Below, one piece after another: positions 31,449 through 43,170 of a stretch of DNA of 64,000 bases. A program made the translations under genes and the position numbers. Position 1 is the stretch's first letter, and each line of letters starts with the position of its first letter. The stretch is from an uncultured Pelagibacteraceae bacterium (lineage in GTDB: Bacteria > Pseudomonadota > Alphaproteobacteria > Pelagibacterales > AG-422-B15), in NCBI GenBank assembly GCA_902589175.1, contig CACIRX010000001.1, forward strand, positions 67,983-131,982, in the 5' to 3' direction. The notes beneath the pieces are model-generated. The model was not told the DNA's origin. It did no database searches and was given only the letters and a program-made list of their open reading frames with translations.

Positions 31449-34040
31449 CTAGGCAACGGCCCCAATCTCTTCAGCTTTTTTAAGATCTACAGAGACAATT
31501 TGACTGACGCCTCGTTCAGCCATAGTTACACCAAACAATCTATCCATTCTCGACATTGTGAGCGCGTGGTGAGTTATAATTAAGAACTTGGTATTCGTTT
31601 TTTCTGTAATGTCATCTAAAAGACCACAAAATCTATCGACATTTGCATCATCCAGTGGCGCATCAACCTCATCAAGTACACAAATTGGGGAAGGATTTGT
31701 TAAAAATACAGCGAAGATTAGAGATAATGCTGTTAGTGCCTGTTCCCCACCAGATAACAATGACATTGACTGAAGTTTTTTACCTGGTGGACTTACCATC
31801 ATTTCAAGCCCCGCTTCAAGTGGATCATCAGAGTCTATAAGTTCAAGGTGCGCTTTTCCACCGTTAAATAATTTTACAAAAACTTCTTTGAAATGTGTGT
31901 TTACAGTTTTAAACGCTCCAAGCAGTCTTGTTCTACCTTCTTTATTTAAATCTTCTATAGACTCCCTCATTTTTTTGATTGCGTTTTCTAAATCTTCTTT
32001 TTCAGTGGTCATTTTTTCAAGTTCTTCATCTATTTCTTTTGTTTCCAAATCTGCTCTTAGATTCACAGCACCCATTGTTTCACGCTGCTGCTTAAGTCGA
32101 TCAAGTCTCATCTCAGTTCTTTCGAGGTTAGCTCTCATAGTTTCAAGATCATCTGATATAGAGAGAGAATTTACAATTTCACTAGGAATACAGTTAAATT
32201 TCTCTTTTGACTCGTATTCTAATTCTTTTAATCTTGATTCAGCTAATTCTTTTGTCGCTTCTGTCCTTCCTTTAGACTCTCTTATGTTAGCGAGATCATT
32301 TTGGGCTTTTCTTAAATTAGTCTCAATTTTTTTTAATTCATTATCAGCTTCAGCTAAACGATCAGCTGCAAACTGTCTTTCTGTCTCTGCAAAGCCTTTT
32401 GTTTCAATTAATTGACCTCTTCTCTGGGCAATTTCTTCTGGGCGATTAGAGATTTTCTCTAGCTCTTGCTCAGTTTTTATTTTTCTTTTTTGCAATGTTT
32501 CGATTTGTTCCTGAGATGACTTAATTGTTTTATTCAATCTCTGAAATTCATATGTCCAATCACTTTGTTTTTGTTCAACGTCTTTTTGTCTGAGTTTTTC
32601 TCTTAATTCCATTGATAATGTTGCTGCATTTTTTGCCTCATTACTTGCTCTGTCATAATTTGCCTTAGCTTCGTCTGAAATATTGCTTGCTTGATCCACT
32701 TTCTCACTGATTTCACCAAGATCATTGTAAAATTTTTCTTTAAATATATTTGTCCATTTCTCAGGATCATCATAACCTTCCACGTCTTTTAAAGTTAATT
32801 GCCTTGATTTCAAATTTTCTGCTTTAATCAAAGTGTCTTGCCAATCATCTCTTTTAGAATTTTTAATCTGATTATATTGTTCTATTTGTTGCTCAAGATT
32901 TAAAATCTCTGTTTCCAAAGTATCCTTTTCTGACTTAAGTTGATCAATTGTTTCATTGTTTATTTCTTGAAACTCTTCGTTATTAGAGAGATCTTTTCTT
33001 GCATTTAGTAAATCAAGATCTTTTTTAGCATCTTCCAGTTGAAACTGCTCCCTCTCACTATCGCTGATTATTTGTTGAATTACGTTTTCAAGATTTCTTT
33101 TTTCTTCTTTTATTCGTTCTTCCTCATGATCCAATGACTCTCTCTCGAGATTAATACGATTTAATTTTGCCGCAGACTCAATTTCTTTATCTCTTAAAGG
33201 CTTAATTTTCTCATTGGCTCTTAATTGTTCATTAGTAGCCTGAGTTACTTGCAACGTAAATTTTTGGATTTGAGACTCACTTGATCTTAAATTCTCATCT
33301 GACTTTTCATAAGATTCTTTTAAAGATGTCCACTTTAGGAATAAAACGATACCCTCTAATTTGTTAATTTCAGACGATACTGAGCGGTAGGTTTCAGCTT
33401 GTTCAGCTTGTTTTTTAAGACTATTGATTTGATTATTTAATTGTTTCATCAAATCCTTAACCCTTTGAAGATTAGTTTCTGCGCCTTTCAATTTTAGCTC
33501 CGCTTCATGTCTTCGTGAATGCAGCCCAGATATTCCTGCCGCTTCTTCTAATACCGAGCGTCTATCTATAGGTTTAGCATTTATTAATGAACCTACGCGT
33601 CCTTGGCTGATCAAGGATGGAGAATGAGCTCCTGTAGATAAATCTGCAAATAATCTTTGTACATCTCTGGCTCTAACGTCTTTACCATTAATTTTATAAT
33701 CTGATCCCTTTTCAACTTCTATTTTTCTTTTAACTTGAATTTCAGTTTGATCATTAAATTCAGACGGCGCGTTTCTTTCCTCATTATCAAGATAGATTGT
33801 TACTTCAGCATTATTTCTTGCTGGTCTATCTGATGTACCAGAAAAAATTACATCTTCCATTCCTGAACCCCTCATGCTTTTTGCAGAGGTTTCTCCCATG
33901 CACCATCTTAGGGACTCAACAACATTTGATTTACCACATCCATTAGGACCAACTATGCCTGTTAATCCCTCATCGATGTCTAATTCAGTAGGATCAACAA
34001 ATGATTTAAAACCTAAAATTTTTATTTTTTTAAATTTCAT
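31449..34040 (-). CDS. smc: SMC chromosome-condensation ATPase, unusually short (863 aa), no recognisable hinge
   Basis: N-head 'GIVGPNGCGKSNVVESLRWCMGE' (Walker A). C-head 'LLSGGEQALTALSLIFA...CVLDEVDAPLDDANV' (signature motif plus Walker B). The middle part is heptad-like charged sequence only. Confidence 0.9.
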   Translation of the reverse strand: MKFKKIKILGFKSFVDPTELDIDEGLTGIVGPNGCGKSNVVESLRWCMGETSAKSMRGSGMEDVIFSGTSDRPARNNAEVTIYLDNEERNAPSEFNDQTEIQVKRKIEVEKGSDYKINGKDVRARDVQRLFADLSTGAHSPSLISQGRVGSLINAKPIDRRSVLEEAAGISGLHSRRHEAELKLKGAETNLQRVKDLMKQLNNQINSLKKQAEQAETYRSVSSEINKLEGIVLFLKWTSLKESYEKSDENLRSSESQIQKFTLQVTQATNEQLRANEKIKPLRDKEIESAAKLNRINLERESLDHEEERIKEEKRNLENVIQQIISDSEREQFQLEDAKKDLDLLNARKDLSNNEEFQEINNETIDQLKSEKDTLETEILNLEQQIEQYNQIKNSKRDDWQDTLIKAENLKSRQLTLKDVEGYDDPEKWTNIFKEKFYNDLGEISEKVDQASNISDEAKANYDRASNEAKNAATLSMELREKLRQKDVEQKQSDWTYEFQRLNKTIKSSQEQIETLQKRKIKTEQELEKISNRPEEIAQRRGQLIETKGFAETERQFAADRLAEADNELKKIETNLRKAQNDLANIRESKGRTEATKELAESRLKELEYESKEKFNCIPSEIVNSLSISDDLETMRANLERTEMRLDRLKQQRETMGAVNLRADLETKEIDEELEKMTTEKEDLENAIKKMRESIEDLNKEGRTRLLGAFKTVNTHFKEVFVKLFNGGKAHLELIDSDDPLEAGLEMMVSPPGKKLQSMSLLSGGEQALTALSLIFAVFLTNPSPICVLDEVDAPLDDANVDRFCGLLDDITEKTNTKFLIITHHALTMSRMDRLFGVTMAERGVSQIVSVDLKKAEEIGAVA

Positions 34041-34669
34041 TAATTAATTTCTTTTTCAATTATTTCATCAAATTCATTAATCGACATATTACCTGCATAA
34101 ATTTCACCATTGATTATGAAAGTTGGAGTTGAAGATATATCATACTCCTCAACACCCTCTATGCGCTGCTCCAGTATAAAATCAGTAATATTCTCATTTT
34201 CCATACAGCTATTAAACGCCTCCTCAGATACGCCGAATAAGGCCCCATAATTCTTAAGTGCATTAGTGCTGTTTTCTAGTACTTTATCGCTCTGATTAGT
34301 TACAATCCATTTTTTTTGATCTTTAAACAGAATTTTGTCCATTGCAAAAAAATCATTTTCATCAACACAATGAAGTAATTTAAAAGCGTTAAGATCAATC
34401 GCATTGAGAGCAAAAGGTCTCAATTCAAAATTCACTTTACCTTTATCGATATAATTTTCTTTAATTTCTGCAAAGGTGTCATTACTAAAGTCTGCGCAAT
34501 GACTGCAAGTGAGCGATCTATATTCAATAATTTTCACTGGTGCGTCGCTATCACCTAACTGCATCCCCTTTAATGTACTGCTGGCATACAATCCACTAAT
34601 TGGAAACATCAACGCAAATAGAAATACGATAAAACTAGTACTGAATAAAAAATTAGATTTAAAACCCAT
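34040..34669 (-). CDS. DsbA-like periplasmic thiol:disulfide oxidoreductase
   Basis: 'LTCSHCADF' CxxC motif and a signal-like N-terminus when started at MGFKSNFLF... The track start at 34717 is possible. The stop overlaps the smc start by 1 nt. Confidence 0.75.
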   Translation of the reverse strand: MGFKSNFLFSTSFIVFLFALMFPISGLYASSTLKGMQLGDSDAPVKIIEYRSLTCSHCADFSNDTFAEIKENYIDKGKVNFELRPFALNAIDLNAFKLLHCVDENDFFAMDKILFKDQKKWIVTNQSDKVLENSTNALKNYGALFGVSEEAFNSCMENENITDFILEQRIEGVEEYDISSTPTFIINGEIYAGNMSINEFDEIIEKEIN

Positions 34670-34777
34670 ATTTTGCTTGTTTTTTTTATATATATACAAC
34701 ATGTTGAATATACTCAATTTTTCCTTATTTTAATAGGATTTATTACTCTGTTGGAGTAGCAGAAAATTTTGTTTGAA

Positions 34778-35245
34778 TTAGGACTTTAAAATTTTTGAAG
34801 CGATTTTTTCAAAGTTTCTTCTAAGATCAGGATATTTTTTTAGTTCATCATAATTCTTACTTTGGCTCTTAATATCACTTTCTAATTTATTGATTTTAAT
34901 TGTTTTTTTAACCTTATTTGATGCTTGTATTATTTCAACTTTGTTAATCACTTCATAGCCAAAAAAAAGATTAATTTTTTTAATTATTTTCTCTCGCTCG
35001 TGCTCAAACGCAAAAGCCACACTTCTATCAACTTTAACAATTAATTTACCATTATTTTTTTCACTGCTCTTACCTATTTTAAGCCGTAATGGAATGGTTA
35101 ATTTTGCAAATTTTTTGCCCACAATTCTCTCCCAATTTGCTAAGAGTTCTAACTCTGAAAAACCTCTTGATTTAAGGATTTTCTTTGCTTCTTCTGGAAG
35201 AAGATTTGATAATATTTGAGGGCCTTTTAATTTCTTTTGAAACAT
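34778..35245 (-). CDS. DUF721 (DciA-family) protein
   Basis: 'LLANWERIVGKKFAKLTIPLRLK...GKLIVKVDRSVAFAFEHEREKIIKKIN' follows the DUF721 pattern (W..IVG...A..T.P..L..G.L.V.V). Divergent from mutY, as in other alphaproteobacteria. Confidence 0.6.
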   Translation of the reverse strand: MFQKKLKGPQILSNLLPEEAKKILKSRGFSELELLANWERIVGKKFAKLTIPLRLKIGKSSEKNNGKLIVKVDRSVAFAFEHEREKIIKKINLFFGYEVINKVEIIQASNKVKKTIKINKLESDIKSQSKNYDELKKYPDLRRNFEKIASKILKS

Positions 35246-35266
35246 AAAAAATAAAGTAACACGAAA

Positions 35267-37462
<2,196 letters not shown>

Positions 37463-37481
37463 AATGACTTAATTTATTTTC

Positions 37482-38096
37482 TTAATTCAATATATTGTAG
37501 ATTGGTTTGAAACTTTTTCGATGGATAGGGGTAATTCCATGAGACTTCAGAGCCAAAAGGTGCTCTTTTGTTCCGTACCCTGCATTTTTTTCAAATGAAT
37601 ATTCAGGATATTTGTCAGCAAGATTGGTCATAATCTTATCTCTGTAAACTTTGGCTAGAATTGAAGCTGCAGCAATTGAAATTGATTTACTGTCACCTTT
37701 AACAATTGGTTTACATTTTAAATCAACTTTAGGCGTATATATTCCATCAATAAGAGACATTGATGGCACTATTTTTAGAGACTCAATAGCTCTTTTCATT
37801 GCAAGTAACGAAGCTTGTAAAATATTTAAATTATCGATTTCTTCTACTGACGCCTCTCCATATGCATAATGACTGTTTAATCTAATTTTTTCTGCAATTA
37901 TTTCTCTTTTATTTTTTGATATTTTTTTTGAATCTCTAATACCTGCAGGAAGGTTGTTTTTATCCAAAATTACTGCTGCTGCCACTACTGGTCCCGCTAA
38001 AGGACCACGTCCTACCTCATCAACACCAGCAACTGGACAATTAAAATTTTTTTCAAAATCCAACAAATTGATTTGATCGTTAAAATTATGATTCAA
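37482..38096 (-). CDS. rnhB: Ribonuclease HII
   Basis: 'GVDEVGRGPLAGPVV' catalytic motif, 'DSK' motif. Confidence 0.9.
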   Translation of the reverse strand: MNHNFNDQINLLDFEKNFNCPVAGVDEVGRGPLAGPVVAAAVILDKNNLPAGIRDSKKISKNKREIIAEKIRLNSHYAYGEASVEEIDNLNILQASLLAMKRAIESLKIVPSMSLIDGIYTPKVDLKCKPIVKGDSKSISIAAASILAKVYRDKIMTNLADKYPEYSFEKNAGYGTKEHLLALKSHGITPIHRKSFKPIYNILN

Positions 38097-38841
38097 CTTT
38101 TTTCTTAAGACTTTTTAAGTCCTCCCACGAATATTTTTTTTGTCCAGGTTGCCTTAATAAAAAAGCAGGGTGGAAAGTGGGTAGGGTGGGATATTTTTTT
38201 TTATTAATTTCAATATCTACCCATTTACCCCTAATCTTTGTTATACCTTCAGTATTTCGAATAAGTGCATAAGTGGCTGTTGATCCTAATAGCAATATTG
38301 CTTTAGGATTAATCAACTCTATGTGTTTCTTAATCATTGGCAGACACATATCTATTTCTTCATCAGTGGGCCGTCTGTTATTAGGAGGTCTCCAAGGTAC
38401 AATATTTGCAATATATACCTTTTCTCGATTAAGGTTTATCGCCTCAAGCATTTTATCTAAGAGTTTGCCGCTTCTACCAACAAAGGGTTTTCCTTGAATA
38501 TCCTCATCATGGCCAGGAGCTTCACCAATAAGCATAATTTCTGATTTTGGGTTTCCATCAGAAAAAACCATATTTGTTGCACTTTCGTGAAGCTTACATT
38601 TGTCATAGTTTGCCATGAAGTCTTTTAATGAATCTAATGATTCTAGTGAGTTGATAGTTTTTTGATCCTCAATCGATGAGTTATTAACAGATATAGAGCT
38701 GTCACTAGTTTTTGATTTCGATGATTTCTTATTTCCGTAGCGATTTTTTGGCTTATTTCCAATGTTTTCATTCACCCCACTCATCTTTAATCGGTTGAGC
38801 TGCTTCAGTGTGTTTTGAACTTTTGCGTTGGTCATAAACAA
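38086..38841 (-). CDS. Uracil-DNA glycosylase, family 4-like, with a Ser/Lys-rich N-terminal extension
   Basis: 'MLIGEAPGHDEDIQGKPFVGRSGKLLDKML' (family-4 motif A) and 'HPAFLLR' (motif B). Confidence 0.8.
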   Translation of the reverse strand: MFMTNAKVQNTLKQLNRLKMSGVNENIGNKPKNRYGNKKSSKSKTSDSSISVNNSSIEDQKTINSLESLDSLKDFMANYDKCKLHESATNMVFSDGNPKSEIMLIGEAPGHDEDIQGKPFVGRSGKLLDKMLEAINLNREKVYIANIVPWRPPNNRRPTDEEIDMCLPMIKKHIELINPKAILLLGSTATYALIRNTEGITKIRGKWVDIEINKKKYPTLPTFHPAFLLRQPGQKKYSWEDLKSLKKKVES

Positions 38842-38881
38842 ATTGAATTATAATACCTATAAACTAAATATATAGTTAATA

Positions 38882-40528
38882 ATGGATACTATTCAGCAAA
38901 GAGAATCAATGGAGTACGATGTTATAATCGTGGGTGCAGGTCCCTCGGGTCTTTCAACCGCGATAAAACTCAAGCAAATAAACCCAGAAATTAATGTCTG
39001 CATTGTAGAGAAAGCATCTGAGGTTGGCGCTCATATATTAAGTGGAAATGTATTTGAAACAAGAGCTCTTGATGAGCTACTTCCAGATTGGAAAACTCTA
39101 GACGGCTGTCCTCTGAAAACAAAAGTTACAAAAGAAAAGTTTTTGTTTCTTTTTGAAAAGTCTCACTTTACTGTTCCCTCGTTTTTATTACCACCTGTTC
39201 AACATAATAAAGGAAACTACATTGCTAGCCTTGCGAATATGTGTAGATGGCTTGGACAAATTGCTGAAAACTTAGGAGTTGAAATATATCCTGGTTTTGC
39301 AGCTTCTGAAATTTTGTACGATGAAGATGGAAAAGTAAGAGGCGTGGCCACAAATGACATGGGACTGGACGTAAATAATGAAAAAAAAGATTCCTATGAG
39401 CCTGGTATTGAGCTACACGCAAAAACAACAGTATTTGCTGAAGGGTGTAGAGGCCATTTAGGTAAGCAATTAATAGAGAAGTTTGAACTCGCAAAAAATT
39501 CAGACCCACAACAGTACGGAATTGGTTTGAAAGAAATATGGGAGGTACCTGAAGAAAATCATGATGAAGGCTTAGTCTTTCATTCAACCGGTTGGCCCTT
39601 AGACAATAAAACCTATGGAGGGAGTTTTGTTTACCATGCAGAAAATAATCAAATATTTTTGGGATATGTAGTTGGACTTGATTATAAGAACCCGTATTTG
39701 TCACCTTTTGAAGAGTTTCAAAGGTTTAAAACACATCCTGCAATAAAAAAAATGTTAAGTGGCGGAAAAAGAGTTTCCTATGGTGCCAGAGCATTGATTG
39801 AGGGTGGCATACAAAGTCTGCCTCAGATGCACATGCCTGGCGCATTATTAATTGGCTGTGATGCCGGTACGTTAAATATGCCAAAAATAAAAGGAACTCA
39901 TACTGCCATGAAAAGTGGAATGATTGCTGCTGAAGCTATTAATGAATTCCTTTCGGGTAAGTCCAATGATCTATCTTGTTACGAGGCTTTATTCAAAAAG
40001 AGTTGGGTTTATAGCGAATTAAAATCTGCTAGGAATGTTAAACCTTTCTTTACAAGGTTTGGAAATATCCTTGGTATTTTACTTACAGGTATCGATCAGT
40101 GGTTATTTATGGGAAAGCTTCCTTTTACTTTATCGCATAAACATGCTGATCATGAAACATTAGAAGATGCAAAAGAAGCAAAAAAAATAAATTATCCAAA
40201 ACCAGATGGCGTTTTAACTTTTGATAGGGCTAGTTCGGTATTTCTTACTGGAACTTATCATACTGAAAATCAACCTGTTCACCTTCAATTGAAGGATAAA
40301 GAATTACCAATTAGTTACACGTTGGAAAAGTTTGATGAGCCTTCTCAAAGGTACTGTCCTGTAGGTGTTTATGAAGTTCATAGAAATGATGATGGTTCAG
40401 ATCCAAAATTTGTAATTAATAGTCAGAACTGCATACACTGCAAAACATGCGATATTAAAGAACCGTCTCAAAACATAAATTGGGTAACACCAGAGGGTGG
40501 CGGTGGCCCAAAATATGCGAATATGTAA
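38882..40528 (+). CDS. Electron-transfer flavoprotein:ubiquinone oxidoreductase
   Basis: FAD motif 'VIIVGAGPSGLS'. C-terminal ferredoxin-like 'CIHCKTCDIKEP...W..PEGGGGP.Y'. Confidence 0.9.
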   Translation: MDTIQQRESMEYDVIIVGAGPSGLSTAIKLKQINPEINVCIVEKASEVGAHILSGNVFETRALDELLPDWKTLDGCPLKTKVTKEKFLFLFEKSHFTVPSFLLPPVQHNKGNYIASLANMCRWLGQIAENLGVEIYPGFAASEILYDEDGKVRGVATNDMGLDVNNEKKDSYEPGIELHAKTTVFAEGCRGHLGKQLIEKFELAKNSDPQQYGIGLKEIWEVPEENHDEGLVFHSTGWPLDNKTYGGSFVYHAENNQIFLGYVVGLDYKNPYLSPFEEFQRFKTHPAIKKMLSGGKRVSYGARALIEGGIQSLPQMHMPGALLIGCDAGTLNMPKIKGTHTAMKSGMIAAEAINEFLSGKSNDLSCYEALFKKSWVYSELKSARNVKPFFTRFGNILGILLTGIDQWLFMGKLPFTLSHKHADHETLEDAKEAKKINYPKPDGVLTFDRASSVFLTGTYHTENQPVHLQLKDKELPISYTLEKFDEPSQRYCPVGVYEVHRNDDGSDPKFVINSQNCIHCKTCDIKEPSQNINWVTPEGGGGPKYANM

Positions 40529-40539
40529 AGCATAAGTCT

Positions 40540-42198
40540 ATGCTTATAAGAACAATTATATTTTTACTAATATTTAACATCTCAAGCATTAATCTTCATG
40601 CAGCACAATTTATTCCGCCTCAGGTGGGCGATTACTTGGTTGCAAAAATTTCTAGTGACTCAAATGACTACAGCACAACTAAGAGATATTATCAAAGGCT
40701 GCACAGATCGAATCCAAACGATTTACTTGCTTTAGATAGACTGTTGTTGCTTAGTATCTTGGATGGAGATTTGCTCAGTGCAAATAACTACTCTTTCAAA
40801 CTTGCAAAAGCAGGCTGTGATAAAAATGTGAATTCATGTTGTATGAATAATCAATCACCACAAGGTCATCTTGTTAATGGGATTTCTTACTTAAACTCTT
40901 ATAAGCCAGGTTTTGCTGATCAAAGTTTTGCAAGTATTTGGAGAGGGAATTTATCTGATAGCACGTTTGTAAGACTGCTTAGAGCTTGGGTATGGGCCGA
41001 TAGTAACACAATAGATAAAAGTATGGCGCTAATCGATTTAATTTCCACAGGCGAACATCAACACCTAACACTTGTGCATAAAGCACTAATTTATGACTAT
41101 GCTGATGAGATTGAATTAGCGGAGGTTTTTTATGACCAATCTTTATCAGTACAAAGAGATTTATACGTTTTACGTCTATATTATAATTTTCTACATCGAA
41201 ATAATTTGACTGAGAAGAAAGATGCTTTTGCAGATGAGTTTTTGTCTTTATATGATGAAGAATTTCAAAATAAATTTTTAACTTCAAATAAAAATAGGAT
41301 TATTCAAAACCCTCTTCAAGGAATAGGAGTGGTTTTATTTAATTCACAGCTTTTGATTGAGGATTTAAATGAAGAACTCGCACATATGTTATATCAACTA
41401 GCAATTGACACCTCTCCTAATTTACATGAGATCAAGTATATATTTGCCTCTTTTCTTAATCAGTTGGAAAATCATGATAAAGCAAGAGAGGTGCTGAGTT
41501 ATATTCCAAAGAAGCATTATCTCGGGAATTTTGCCGCAATTCAAATTTCAGATGCATATAGCTACGAGGGCAACAATGAAAAAGCAATTCAAAATTTAAA
41601 TACCTTTGTGGAGGTTGATGATAGCTTTGAAGCTTACCTTTCACTAGGAAATTATCACCGTTATGAGAAGAATTGGTCCGATGCAATTGATAACTATGAT
41701 CATGCATTAAAGCTTGGTAAAAAATTTGATAAAGAAAACATTTGGGAAGTTTACTTTAACATTGGAATTGTTCATGAACGTTCTAAAAATTGGAAGTTAG
41801 CTGAAAAGAATTTAAAAAGATCATTGAAACTATCTGAAGATCAAGCAGATGTTCTCAATTATTTAGGATATTCTTATATCGATATGGATCAAAATATATC
41901 CGAGGCTAAAGTTATGATAGAACAAGCAATGGAATTGAAACCAAACGATCCATACATAGTTGATAGCCTTGCATGGTATTATTTTAAAGTTGGTAAGTAT
42001 AATGAAGCTCTATCTTTGTTGGAGTTTTCTTTAGATATGATGCCATACGATCCAACTGTAAATGATCATTATGGTGATGTGCTCTGGAAGCTGGGAAATG
42101 AACTTGAAGCACGTTTTTATTGGCAGAAAGCCATAGATTTAGATCAGGAAAATATATTTAAGGACAAAGTTAAAATCAAACTACTTAAAGGAATCTAA
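40540..42198 (+). CDS. Secreted/periplasmic TPR-repeat protein
   Basis: The internal ATG at 40540 gives a signal-like N-terminus (MLIRTIIFLLIFNISSINLHA) and removes the overlap with the ETF-QO gene. TPR repeats in the C-terminal half. Conserved position upstream of ispE. Confidence 0.7.
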   Translation: MLIRTIIFLLIFNISSINLHAAQFIPPQVGDYLVAKISSDSNDYSTTKRYYQRLHRSNPNDLLALDRLLLLSILDGDLLSANNYSFKLAKAGCDKNVNSCCMNNQSPQGHLVNGISYLNSYKPGFADQSFASIWRGNLSDSTFVRLLRAWVWADSNTIDKSMALIDLISTGEHQHLTLVHKALIYDYADEIELAEVFYDQSLSVQRDLYVLRLYYNFLHRNNLTEKKDAFADEFLSLYDEEFQNKFLTSNKNRIIQNPLQGIGVVLFNSQLLIEDLNEELAHMLYQLAIDTSPNLHEIKYIFASFLNQLENHDKAREVLSYIPKKHYLGNFAAIQISDAYSYEGNNEKAIQNLNTFVEVDDSFEAYLSLGNYHRYEKNWSDAIDNYDHALKLGKKFDKENIWEVYFNIGIVHERSKNWKLAEKNLKRSLKLSEDQADVLNYLGYSYIDMDQNISEAKVMIEQAMELKPNDPYIVDSLAWYYFKVGKYNEALSLLEFSLDMMPYDPTVNDHYGDVLWKLGNELEARFYWQKAIDLDQENIFKDKVKIKLLKGI

Positions 42199-42203
42199 GT
42201 ACG

Positions 42204-43037
42204 TTGTTAAATACCATAAAATCCTATGCAAAAATAAATCTTTTCTTAAATGTAGTAGACAAACTTGATACTGGTTTTCACGAATTAAACTCAGTGTTAT
42301 CAAGGATCGATCTTTATGATGAGATAAGAATAAAAGATGAAAGCTCATTTAGTATCTCATATAATGGCCCTTTTGGAGACCAAGTGGGATCCAATGATCA
42401 TATTTCTAAATTATTTAATTATTTAATTGATAAGAATTATTTAAAGCAGAAATCATTTGCTATTCATGTTATAAAAAATATACCAGTGGGATCGGGTTTA
42501 GGTGGCGGTTCATCAAATGTCGCAGAAATAATTAAATATTTAATAAGATCCAATTTGTTAGATAATTCAAGCTCAACTGAAATTGCAAGAGATCTTGGGT
42601 CAGACATTGAATTTTTTATTGATGAGGGATCTGCGCTTATTTCTGGAAAAGGGAATGTTGATCAAAGGTTAAAAATCAATTCGGATAAGCATTTTCTAAT
42701 TATATTTCCAAATGTTCAAAATAGTACTAAGGATATTTTTAATAAACATTCTAATTTAAGTGGCGAAAAATTCTCATACAATAAAGATACTAACTTAGAT
42801 GGAATTCTAAAAGGTACATCAAATGAATTGGAAAACACGGCACTTCTTGCTAATCAAGAAATGAAAAAAATAAGAGAATATTTAGATAATGATATAAATT
42901 GTAAGTATGAACGAATGACAGGAAGTGGCTCTGCATATTTTACTGTTTATGAAGATAAACAAAAGGCGGAGGAAGCAATACAGAGGATATCTGAAGAACA
43001 CCCCAATTGGTGGACATATTTAACGAGGTTAATATAA
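42204..43037 (+). CDS. ispE: 4-diphosphocytidyl-2-C-methyl-D-erythritol kinase
   Basis: TTG start. 'YAKINLFLNV' N-terminus and GHMP motif 'PVGSGLGGGSSNVA'. Confidence 0.85.
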   Translation: MLNTIKSYAKINLFLNVVDKLDTGFHELNSVLSRIDLYDEIRIKDESSFSISYNGPFGDQVGSNDHISKLFNYLIDKNYLKQKSFAIHVIKNIPVGSGLGGGSSNVAEIIKYLIRSNLLDNSSSTEIARDLGSDIEFFIDEGSALISGKGNVDQRLKINSDKHFLIIFPNVQNSTKDIFNKHSNLSGEKFSYNKDTNLDGILKGTSNELENTALLANQEMKKIREYLDNDINCKYERMTGSGSAYFTVYEDKQKAEEAIQRISEEHPNWWTYLTRLI

Positions 43038-43080
43038 AGATTGCAAAATCTTTTTCTTAAATTAAATAATTATATAGCGT

Positions 43081-43155
43081 TGGGGCGTGGCCAAGCGGTA
43101 AGGCACCGCTTTTTGGTAGCGGCATTCGGAGGTTCGAATCCTCCCGCCCCAGCCA
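43081..43155 (+). tRNA. tRNA-Gln (anticodon UUG), CCA encoded
   Basis: Hand-folded 75 nt. Acceptor tggggcg/cgcccca, anticodon stem ccgct/agcgg with loop ttTTGgt. Close to the canonical bacterial tRNA-Gln sequence. Confidence 0.9.
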
Positions 43156-43170
43156 ATTAGGATCAAAAAT

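Noticed and set aside
37466-37486. TTAA-N9-TTAA upstream of ccrM as a possible CtrA box.
   Set aside because: The spacing is 9 rather than the 7 nt of the TTAA-N7-TTAAC consensus. TTAA is very frequent in this AT-rich DNA, and one copy belongs to the rnhB stop region.
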